NCBI RefSeq assembly: GCF_025643275.1
Contig: NZ_CP089977.1
Location: 210,001-242,000, forward strand
DNA from: Moraxella nasicaprae
GTDB taxonomy: Bacteria; Pseudomonadota; Gammaproteobacteria; Pseudomonadales; Moraxellaceae
Reading direction: 5' to 3'
Length of the DNA: 32,000 bases
The notes under the pieces were generated by a model. The model did no database searches and was not told the DNA's origin. It saw only the letters and a program-made list of their open reading frames with translations. Made by a program: the position numbers and the translations under genes. This document shows, piece after piece, positions 24,893 through 32,000 of this stretch. Positions within the stretch are counted from its first letter, which is position 1; every line of letters starts with the position of its first letter.

Positions 24893-25867
24893 TATATATC
24901 AATAGAACTTTAAAATTATACTCAATTCAACTCAAAATAAGACATCAGCCCACCTTCAATACTCTCAAACTTTGACAGATGACTTCTAAGCCATCTCTTA
25001 ATAGTTGCCCAAGTGTGTTCTATGGGGTTTAGGTTAGGTGAATAAGGTGGGAGTGGCAAGATAACATGTTTGCATGTTGTGTTATTAGCAAGTACCTGTA
25101 ACTGCTTCATTCTATGAAATCTTGCATTATCTAAGATGATGATACAAGGTCTACCTGTTTGCTTGGCGTGGTTGTCAAGGCTAGGTAGAAGCATTTGTTC
25201 AAACCAAGTTTCAAATAAGTTGCTTACCATTGTGTTTTGATAGATAAGTGGAGCAATCAAGTTTTTGGCTTTGTTACCAATTTGTCCAGCAACCAATGAT
25301 ATGCGTTGATAATATTTACCACTCACCTTATCATAGACTTTTTGACCCTTTAAACTTCTGGCGTGGGTGCGGTGTAGGTAAGTGTCAATACCAGTTTCAT
25401 CTACATAAACAAGCTCGTAGTCTTGTATGCTTTGTAACTGTTTTAGCCTGTCTTGATAGTCTTTGATTTTGTTTGGGTCTTGTTCTTTGTAACTTGTGGT
25501 CTTTTTTTATGGGTAATACCAAGAGAGCGTAAAGCATAAAAGATGGTACTTGTACCACAATTAAAAACTTCAGCAATTTCATACAAGTAAGCATCAGGGT
25601 TTTGCTCTACATAAGTTTTAAGCTTATTTCTGTCCACTTTAACACCACGATTGCCACCACTTTGACAGGACAAATCACCTTGTTCTTGTTTTTTAATCCA
25701 AGCATACAAGGTGCTTCTTGAAATGTTGTAAGCAGTACAAACTGTGCTAATATTACCACACTGCTCTAAGTAGGCTAAGGCCTTTTGTTTAAGTTCTATT
25801 GAATATGCCATAATAGCGATATTTTAGCATAGATTTGTAGGGTTTTAAAGTGAATTTAGTATATATA
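24893..25867 (-). mobile_element. IS630-family insertion sequence (~0.97 kb), boundaries approximate
   Basis: Imperfect terminal inverted repeats: left AACTTTAAAATTATAC (24905-24920) against the reverse complement of the right end, CACTTTAAAACCCTAC (25837-25852). Both ends are embedded in TATATA, consistent with a TA target. It encodes an HTH plus DDE transposase. Confidence 0.7.
24922..25811 (-). CDS. IS630-family transposase in two frames joined at an A7G slippery run (-1 frameshift, ~296 aa fusion)
   Basis: Frame A (25811 to 25443) encodes the HTH (ISRSTLYAWIKK; IAEVFNCGTSTIFYALRSLGITHKK). Frame B is open from 25506 to 24922 and encodes YVDETGI (D), IILDNARFHR (D) and NPIEHTWATIK (E). The frames overlap at AAAAAAAG (complement of 25501-25508). 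Confidence 0.75.
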
Positions 25868-26004
25868 CCCAACGAACCTAAAAATTACCACAAGCCGTAG
25901 GTGCGTATAACGCACCGTTTTTTGTCTAGGATATTTAATGGTGCGTGTTACGTACCTTACTTCCAAAACTGATTTTGTGGCAATTTTGCGGTTCTTTAAC
26001 TATA
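25861..26004. mobile_element. MITE-like element copy A (~140 bp) with 30-bp terminal inverted repeats and two GC hairpins
   Basis: The left end TATACCCAACGAACCTAAAAATTACCACAA matches the reverse complement of the right end, TATAGTTAAAGAACCGCAAAATTGCCACAA, at 23/30. Internal hairpins are GGTGCG-TATAA-CGCACC and GGTGCGT-GTT-ACGTACC. TA-rich flanks. Confidence 0.55.
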
Positions 26005-26123
26005 CCACAAATTTATTTTTGGCGTAGGGCGTGCTGATCACGCCCAATCATAGACCCCACCAAAGGGCGTGTGCAACACACCCCTGCAATTTGTGGCAAA
26101 AATCGTATTCGGTTGGTATATAT
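26001..26123. mobile_element. MITE-like element copy B (~120 bp, left terminus truncated)
   Basis: The right end ...CCTGCAATTTGTGGCAAAAATCGTATTCGGTTGGTATATAT is the inverted counterpart of the copy A left end. Internal hairpins are GGGCGTG-CTGAT-CACGCCC and GGGCGTGTG-CAA-CACACCCC. The left end retains only CCACAA. Confidence 0.5.
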
Positions 26124-26128
26124 CGCCA

Positions 26129-26905
26129 CTACTCCATTTCACTGACACCAAAATTGGACAACAAATAACACTTATCACATTTAAAATCATACCTATCGTG
26201 CAATGGTTCTTTTAATAACCATTCGCCCCCACATTTTGGACATTTGCGATTTTTTTCATTGGACAAAATATAATATTGATATAGGTCATAATAAACAGGT
26301 TTGCCTAATTTTTCTTTTAAAATTTGACAAATCTCCAAACCCTGTTTGGATAATTCAGAATTAACATCGCTCATTTGGGTTAATGCCCATTGTTCGCCAA
26401 CAACGCAACGCATTTGCAGACTGTCGCAATCTTGAAAATCTTTTTGCCAACAAATCAGATTATAATAATTTTCATTATCTTGGTTGGTTTTTGGCAAATA
26501 ATGAATGGGAATGGGTTGAAATTCAAAACTTCTAATGGGCGACTCATTGGTATAACAGTGCGTGGTTAAAATAAGAGCATTTGTTTCATTTAGCTTGGCA
26601 ATATCCAAACTTTCAAACTCTTTACCCAAAATTTCTATTTTTAAATCATTAGGATTTAATTTTGATAAAGTTTTCTTGATAGAAATATTATGATGCCTCT
26701 CATCTAAACTGTCGTTATTAAAAATATTAACAATCACACAAAGACAATCATTTTCTATAAAATTGGGATGTGTGCGACAATCAGCAATTTGACCATTTTG
26801 AACAAAAGCCACAATCAATCCATACAAAATATCATCGGCATTGTCTTGATGATTATCATAATCAATTTTGGCACAAAGTTTTAGGGATAATTTGGCGGTG
26901 TACAT
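26129..26905 (-). CDS. Zn-ribbon-containing protein, DUF2310-like, 258 aa
   Basis: A C-terminal CPKCGGEW...FKCDKCYL (C-x2-C ... C-x2-C) zinc ribbon. The size and layout fit the proteobacterial DUF2310 family as I recall it. AT-rich. Confidence 0.55.
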   Translation of the reverse strand: MYTAKLSLKLCAKIDYDNHQDNADDILYGLIVAFVQNGQIADCRTHPNFIENDCLCVIVNIFNNDSLDERHHNISIKKTLSKLNPNDLKIEILGKEFESLDIAKLNETNALILTTHCYTNESPIRSFEFQPIPIHYLPKTNQDNENYYNLICWQKDFQDCDSLQMRCVVGEQWALTQMSDVNSELSKQGLEICQILKEKLGKPVYYDLYQYYILSNEKNRKCPKCGGEWLLKEPLHDRYDFKCDKCYLLSNFGVSEME

Positions 26906-26931
26906 TTTATATTCCCATGATAATTTTAAAA

Positions 26932-27630
26932 TCAGCGTTGCGGTATAAATTCTATGGTTGGTAAATGAGCTTTTGTACCATTGTGTTTATGATAATATTC
27001 CAATAAACTTTTTAATAGGATTAAAAAATCATTGGCTTTATCTTGATTGGTGCCAAAATCCTGCACAGTAAATTGTTTTTTCTTGTAAAATACCTTATCA
27101 TCGCCATAAATCAAATATTCAATCACCACCAAATAATAACAATAATTACCCCTGCCTACTTGGACCGCTTCAATATAGCTATGATAAATGTCTTTAAAAT
27201 AGATGAGTTGAATGCGGTGATGGTTGAGGTTAAAAGGACTTCTTTTAATAACGGTGATTTTTTCATCATCAATCAATACATCTTTTAAGTTATTTTTATG
27301 TTGATAAAACATTAAAATGGTAAAAGATAATAATGCAGTAAACAGTATTAAATCCCAAAGTCTTGTATCAGATAATAATAACAGCAAACAAAACACTGTA
27401 ATAATCATCAATAAAATCACAGCAATGGTGCTAATTATCACAAAAAATTTTGAATGTTGTTTGCCTATTGGTAAAGTTAAATTGGCAATGTCATCATCAG
27501 TTAATAATTCATTCGCCCAAATATCATCGCCTATAATTTTGGCAATATCCAAATGAATGTCTGCAACTCGCCCTGTCATATTGGGCGGAATGGGGGCTGT
27601 GTGGCGAATGGGGTTATTGATGGTATTCAT
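26932..27630 (-). CDS. Hypothetical membrane protein (two TM helices plus C-terminal soluble domain), 232 aa
   Basis: FFVIISTIAVILLMIITVFCLLLLL and LWDLILFTALLSFTILMFY form a helical hairpin. It lies 26 nt upstream of the Zn-ribbon gene on the same strand. I do not recognise the family. Confidence 0.55.
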   Translation of the reverse strand: MNTINNPIRHTAPIPPNMTGRVADIHLDIAKIIGDDIWANELLTDDDIANLTLPIGKQHSKFFVIISTIAVILLMIITVFCLLLLLSDTRLWDLILFTALLSFTILMFYQHKNNLKDVLIDDEKITVIKRSPFNLNHHRIQLIYFKDIYHSYIEAVQVGRGNYCYYLVVIEYLIYGDDKVFYKKKQFTVQDFGTNQDKANDFLILLKSLLEYYHKHNGTKAHLPTIEFIPQR

Positions 27631-27750
27631 AGGAAAATTACTATGGTGGTCTTTGATAATATTAGTTAATTTTACTCATCATCAAGTGATGGCATTCTTA
27701 TGAACAATGAACTTTCATCAGAGTGTATCATCATTCATTCCCATGGTATA

Positions 27751-27783
27751 AAAAATAAACCCCATAATCTTGGGGTTTATTTA
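27751..27783. terminator. Bidirectional rho-independent terminator downstream of fxsA
   Basis: Stem AAACCCCA (27757-27764) / TGGGGTTT (27771-27778), flanked by an A-run and a T-run. Confidence 0.75.
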
Positions 27784-27793
27784 CAGTCAAGTC

Positions 27794-28372
27794 TTATTCA
27801 TCATTGGCTGAGTTAATGCGTTTGATGTTTTTATTAACCGTAGTGGCATCGCCATCAACCGTTGTACCGCCAAATGAGCTTTTTCCAAATGGCGAACCAC
27901 CAAATGGCGAGCCTTGCCCAAACGGATTTTGACCACCAAATGGACTGCCACCGCCCATTTGTCGTGCCATCATTTGCATCATCTTATCTTGATTTTTTAA
28001 GGCATAATTTTTGGCGGCATTGGTCAGTTTGGTTTGTACCATAGGCAACATTAGCACCGCAGCAATAAGGTCGGTCAAAACACCAGGCAGTAGCAGTAAA
28101 ATGCCTGCAATGCCTAATGCCACAGATTTGGTGATGGTGCGTTCAGCTGGCTGATTGGCAGGATTGGGAATCACACCATTTTGCATTGCCTTGACTTGCT
28201 GTGCCATTGGATTGAGCGTACCAGCGGCTTTTTTAATCATGCCAATACCAATGACCGCCGCCACAATAAACCAAAAAAATACATACCAGCCACTGACAAA
28301 CTGGGCAATCAGATACCAAAGAAGCATCTCGATGATGAACCAAATTAAAGCAATGCCAACAACAGCACCCAT
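27794..28372 (-). CDS. fxsA: FxsA family inner-membrane protein with low-complexity G/S/P/F tail
   Basis: The N-terminal helices and LLLLPGVLTDLIAAVLMLPMVQ match the FxsA signature (LPGF.TD..G..LL.P). The C-terminus is GGGSPFGGQNPFGQGSPFGGSPFGKSSFGG. Confidence 0.8.
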   Translation of the reverse strand: MGAVVGIALIWFIIEMLLWYLIAQFVSGWYVFFWFIVAAVIGIGMIKKAAGTLNPMAQQVKAMQNGVIPNPANQPAERTITKSVALGIAGILLLLPGVLTDLIAAVLMLPMVQTKLTNAAKNYALKNQDKMMQMMARQMGGGSPFGGQNPFGQGSPFGGSPFGKSSFGGTTVDGDATTVNKNIKRINSANDE

Positions 28373-28500
28373 AACTTTTTCCTTAAAATATACCTACAAG
28401 CAATTAAAAATGCGTTATACTATCAAACTATTTGGGCAAAAGGCAAATTTTCAAGTCCAAAAATACAAAAGCACACGATTTAGCATAAAATAGTACAAAT

Positions 28501-29109
28501 ATGACACTTATCATCGGCATCGATCCAGGCTCTCGCATGACAGGCTATGGCATCATTCATACACAAGGCGATAAAATCAGCTACCTAGATGCAGGCACGA
28601 TTCGCACCAATAGTGCCAATATCAGCGAACGCATTGCTCAGATTTTTGGTGGCGTAACTCGCATTGTTAAGCACTATCAAAAATATAGTGACACACCCAT
28701 GCACGCCGCCATTGAGCAGGTTTTTATGGCATCAAATCCAGACTCCGCCCTCAAACTAGGGCAAGCCCGAGGGGCAGCCATTGCCGCCCTAACCGCTTTG
28801 GATTTAAGCGTTTCCGAATACACTGCACGACAAATTAAACAGGCGGTCTGCGGTTATGGTGCTGCTGATAAAGAACAGGTCAGTGCGATGGTTTGTCGCA
28901 TTTTATCACTGCAAGTCACGCCACAAGCAGATGCAGCGGACGGTTTAGCCTGTGCCATTTGTCATGCTCATTCTAGTCATTCCATGCACAAACTGCTGGG
29001 CAATACCGCCCTACTGGGTCGCAGCAGTAGCAAGAAAAAAGGTCGCTGGCGGTTGGCTGATGATGATTTGTTGCTATTTAAAAACAAACATCAGACCAAT
29101 GATGAATAA
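28501..29109 (+). CDS. ruvC: Holliday junction resolvase RuvC (with ~25-aa basic C-terminal extension)
   Basis: MTLIIGIDPGSRMTGYGII...IEQVFMASNPDSALKLGQARGAAI...ADAADGLACAICHA are the canonical RuvC catalytic motifs. ruvA and ruvB are not adjacent. Confidence 0.93.
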   Translation: MTLIIGIDPGSRMTGYGIIHTQGDKISYLDAGTIRTNSANISERIAQIFGGVTRIVKHYQKYSDTPMHAAIEQVFMASNPDSALKLGQARGAAIAALTALDLSVSEYTARQIKQAVCGYGAADKEQVSAMVCRILSLQVTPQADAADGLACAICHAHSSHSMHKLLGNTALLGRSSSKKKGRWRLADDDLLLFKNKHQTNDE

Positions 29110-29145
29110 CAAATCCATCAAGTCAGTCCAAACCAACATCGAAGA

Positions 29146-29180
29146 CAAAAAACGGAGCAGTTTCCACCACTCCGTTTTTT
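29146..29180. terminator. Bidirectional terminator between convergent ruvC and lipoprotein genes
   Basis: Stem AACGGAG (29151-29157) / CTCCGTT (29170-29176), preceded by A6 and followed by T4. Confidence 0.7.
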
Positions 29181-29181
29181 A

Positions 29182-30060
29182 TCACTTAACCAATTCTGTC
29201 TCCACCGCCATGTCAAACAAATACACAGGCTCGTGATGTGGTTTTGGGTGGTTAAACGCCTTAATGCGTATGATTTGGCGTAAACTGCTGTCGTGCTGAT
29301 AACCCTCAATCTGTCCATAAAAGTTTCGCCATGCCCCAGCCCCTGTTTTGATACCAAGCTCATCATAATGCACATTACGCACCCGCAAACACTGCTGATT
29401 ATGACCTTGTTTATCCACACAATAGACGGTCTGTGGCTGAATCTCCCAAAATAGCAAGACAGGGTCGCCAAATTTGGCGGTGGGTGTCAGCTTACCCTGC
29501 CAAGTCAAAATCTCAACACCATTTGTCTGAGTTAGGGTTGCTGTTTCGCCATGACTGTCCTTAGTGATGGTTAGGACGCTATTTTGTAATCTTTGATGGA
29601 ATTTATTTTCAATACTGCTTAGGTCATCACAAAACATCTGCGTGGACATCATGGCACCAAGCGTTAATTTTCCCTGCGTGAGCTGATAATCGCCCGCATA
29701 GGTATTACAACCCAAAGAATAAGAGATGTTTTGTTCATCAAATCTTAATATCGATTGTTTTTGATTGATGACCGATGAAAGAGTCTGAATATCCGCCCCT
29801 TGTTTTTGTGCCTTGACCAAAACCCATTCATAATCCATCAAGGTCTGAATATCTGCCAACATCGCTTGACTGCTGATATCGTGTTTGGTTTGCACGACTT
29901 GACTGGATTTTTGTCCATCTTGAATTGCTCCGCTGACACTATCGCCAACCTGATGGCAAGCACTAAATGACATACTGGCAATCAGCGAACTGGCAAGCAA
30001 CAAAAAGATTGACTTGGGAACAAGCGTATCAGATTTAGCAGGTCTATGCAGATGATTCAT
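29182..30060 (-). CDS. Lipoprotein with META (HslJ-like) domain and DUF4377-like C-terminal domain
   Basis: A lipobox-like SFSAC follows the hydrophobic leader. The META pattern is YSLGCNTYAGDYQLTQGKLTLGAMMSTQMFC. The Cys-containing C-terminal domain is CVDKQGHNQQCLRVRN...WRNFYGQIEGY. Confidence 0.7.
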   Translation of the reverse strand: MNHLHRPAKSDTLVPKSIFLLLASSLIASMSFSACHQVGDSVSGAIQDGQKSSQVVQTKHDISSQAMLADIQTLMDYEWVLVKAQKQGADIQTLSSVINQKQSILRFDEQNISYSLGCNTYAGDYQLTQGKLTLGAMMSTQMFCDDLSSIENKFHQRLQNSVLTITKDSHGETATLTQTNGVEILTWQGKLTPTAKFGDPVLLFWEIQPQTVYCVDKQGHNQQCLRVRNVHYDELGIKTGAGAWRNFYGQIEGYQHDSSLRQIIRIKAFNHPKPHHEPVYLFDMAVETELVK

Positions 30061-30369
30061 GGGAATTGGGTGTCAATTTATTGGGCAAAATGTTATGATG
30101 GCAAACCGCAGGCTGTACAATTAACGCACTCGTCAGCCAATGCCACTATTAAAAAAACTAAATCAATTTATTGGTAATTATTGTAGCATTTTTTCCCATG
30201 AAAAAGCTGGTAGTTTTGTATGCTTTGTTCATCAACTTGTGATGTTTTGTAACTGTATTGCTGATTTTTTAAACAAAAAAATTGATTAAATTTTCTTAAT
30301 AAATTATCCACTAGGCAAGCTGTTATTATTTTGCTACAATGGCGGATTAGTTTTTTATCAGATGACATC

Positions 30370-31044
30370 ATGAACGAAACAAATCACCCAATGCCCTTAC
30401 AACGCCATTTCACCCCCAAAACCCTCAATGAATTGGGTTTGATTGGCAGCAGTCTGAACATCAGTCTTAGCTATCAAGAAACCATCATCGCCAAAAGCGG
30501 TATGCAAAAACTGCTAAGCAAACTTCCCTTGATGGATAAATCACCCACCACCTCCATGGATTTGGATTTAAGCTGTTTGTTATTTGACATTAATCATCAG
30601 TTTATGGAGGCGATTTGGTATGGACGATTAAGAAATGACAACCAGAGCATTCGCCACAGCGGAGATGCCTTATTAGGTGCGAAAAATTTCGAACAAAGCC
30701 TGATTAGCCAAGAGGAGATTCGTCTGCGTCCTGATGAGTTTGACCCTGCCACCCATCATCTGATTTTTGTGCTATCTAGCCATCATCGCCAATCTGTTCA
30801 TCTTGCCAATAAAGGTGTTGTACAGCTTAGCGATAACGAAAACAACATCGCTGATAGTGTGGCACTCAGTGACCTGCCAGAATCACAAGCGTTTATTTTA
30901 TGGCATCTGCACAAACACGAACAAGACTGGCAAGTCATCGCACCCATGCAGCCCATAACAACTGATTTTGTTCGTGCTGATGGCATTGAACAGCTTGCTT
31001 GGAACATTAAGCAGTATTTACACAACGCCTCAAATCGCTGGTAA
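30370..31044 (+). CDS. TerD-domain family protein (stress/tellurite-resistance-like)
   Basis: From ATG 30370. MDLDLSCLLFD...IWYGRLRNDNQSIRHSGDALLG...EEIRLRP...HHLIFVLSS resembles the TerD fold signature (DLDLS.L.F...G.I.HSGDN..G). A TACAAT -10 candidate at 30335-30340 argues against the TTG at 30331. Confidence 0.6.
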   Translation: MNETNHPMPLQRHFTPKTLNELGLIGSSLNISLSYQETIIAKSGMQKLLSKLPLMDKSPTTSMDLDLSCLLFDINHQFMEAIWYGRLRNDNQSIRHSGDALLGAKNFEQSLISQEEIRLRPDEFDPATHHLIFVLSSHHRQSVHLANKGVVQLSDNENNIADSVALSDLPESQAFILWHLHKHEQDWQVIAPMQPITTDFVRADGIEQLAWNIKQYLHNASNRW

Positions 31045-31149
31045 ACTCATACCAAATCACGCTTTTGCCATCATCTGCCCACTATTTTTATTTGATGAGA
31101 TGATGCTTAGATAAACCATACTTGAACCAATTCGACCAAATAGCCCAAT

Positions 31150-31183
31150 AAAAAAACCCGCCTAGATAGACGGGTTTTTTTGT
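31150..31183. terminator. Bidirectional terminator between TerD-like gene and porin gene
   Basis: AAAAAAACCCG-CCTAGATAGA-CGGGTTTTTTT: a short GC stem flanked by A7 and T7. Confidence 0.6.
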
Positions 31184-31196
31184 GTGGCATCTGCGA

Positions 31197-32000
31197 TTAG
31201 AATTTGTATTCTAGACCGCCACCGATGCCAGCACTACGAACTTCGGTTTTGGTTTCGCCAGAACCAGTTTCGTTATTTAGGTAAGCACCGTAGATGTGAC
31301 CTGTGGTTGCTTTGTTGAATGCGTATTTACCACCAACAACCAAGCGTTGCGTGTCAGCATCTTTAACGCCTTCTACATCAGACACGACATCAACTTGGGT
31401 GTATGCAGTCCATGGAGTTTGGGTTTTTAGCTGACCGCTAACAGTAAAGGCATTTTCTTTACCAGCTGCATATTTGCCGTGTTGATACAACGCACCAATG
31501 GTTGCTGCTGGGGTTGCGTCAAATGCACCACTCACACGAGTGAATTGATTGTTTTTGCCAGCACGGATATAAGATGCACCAGCACGGAATGGTTGATTTT
31601 CTGGCTCGTACTGAACAGCCACACCGAACGCATCACGACCCAAAGTATCTGTTGTATCATTTTCATCTAGGGTGTACATGGCAGATGCAGTGATGCCATT
31701 ATAAGTAGGTGCTACATAAGCAAAAGTGTTGTTAGCACGAGGAGAGTCGAATGACGCTAGAACATTGTCACCGCCCAATACTGCACCGTCTGTCACATTA
31801 GCATAGTCCACACGACCATCGATGGCACTTAGACGACCAGCCAATAGTGTACCGTATTGCTTATTGCTCACACCCAAGTAAGTGTCACGAGAACGGAAGT
31901 TTTTATCTTGGTCAGCATCAACATCAATGCCGTATTCTAGTTGATAAACCAAATCAGTATTGCCAGTTAGAGCTTCTGAACCTTTAAAGCCAATGCGAGA
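31197..32000 (-). CDS. Outer-membrane general porin, C-terminal part (gene start lies beyond window end)
   Basis: The translation ends ...GGGLEYKF with a terminal Phe. The frame stays open to 32000 and reads SRIGFKGSEALTGNTDLVYQLEYGID, a typical Gram-negative porin motif. The track's Met at 31952 is internal. Confidence 0.85.
   Translation of the reverse strand, partial: SRIGFKGSEALTGNTDLVYQLEYGIDVDADQDKNFRSRDTYLGVSNKQYGTLLAGRLSAIDGRVDYANVTDGAVLGGDNVLASFDSPRANNTFAYVAPTYNGITASAMYTLDENDTTDTLGRDAFGVAVQYEPENQPFRAGASYIRAGKNNQFTRVSGAFDATPAATIGALYQHGKYAAGKENAFTVSGQLKTQTPWTAYTQVDVVSDVEGVKDADTQRLVVGGKYAFNKATTGHIYGAYLNNETGSGETKTEVRSAGIGGGLEYKF

Noticed and set aside
27862-29471. ORFs antisense to fxsA (27862-28044, 28155-28493) or overlapping ruvC and the lipoprotein gene (28952-29236, 29118-29471)
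   Set aside because: They are shadow ORFs of well-supported genes on the opposite strand or frame.

Overview
This looks like a gammaproteobacterial, probably Moraxellaceae, chromosome segment; that assignment rests on remembered gene content and is not verified. The dominant feature is a complete type V-A CRISPR-Cas locus at 1102-12404. It comprises cas12a (cpf1), cas4, cas1, cas2, a 129-bp leader and a very long array. By hand count the array has 87 copies of a 36-bp repeat ending AATTTCTACTATTGTAGAT and 86 spacers. This is a recognised system class, so the unusual material is in the array architecture. That includes two internal tandem duplications, three repeat sub-types that differ only in the crRNA-handle loop, and a scrambled junction containing a collapsed-repeat pseudo-spacer. 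It also includes two adjacent spacers that overlap by 10 nt and expose a TTG PAM, and several spacer pairs sharing only their first 9 nt. The trailer abuts an accessory patch at 12405-16457. This patch holds Mu/P2-like prophage remnants, an Ltp-type superinfection-exclusion gene, and an orphan polymorphic-toxin C-terminal cassette (possibly colicin-M-like) with an overlapping membrane-anchored immunity gene. The rest is mostly housekeeping: glnA (partial), rpsF-rpsR-rplI, ycgL, ruvC, fxsA, a META lipoprotein, a TerD-like protein and a porin (partial). A tandem glycine riboswitch drives gcvT-gcvH-gcvP, and two AT-rich foreign ORFs are wedged into that operon. Also present are an IS630-family element with an A7G frameshift site, two adjacent MITE-like elements, and an AT-rich two-gene module (membrane protein plus a DUF2310-like Zn-ribbon protein). 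All calls come from reading the sequence and ORF translations by eye; no database search was run.
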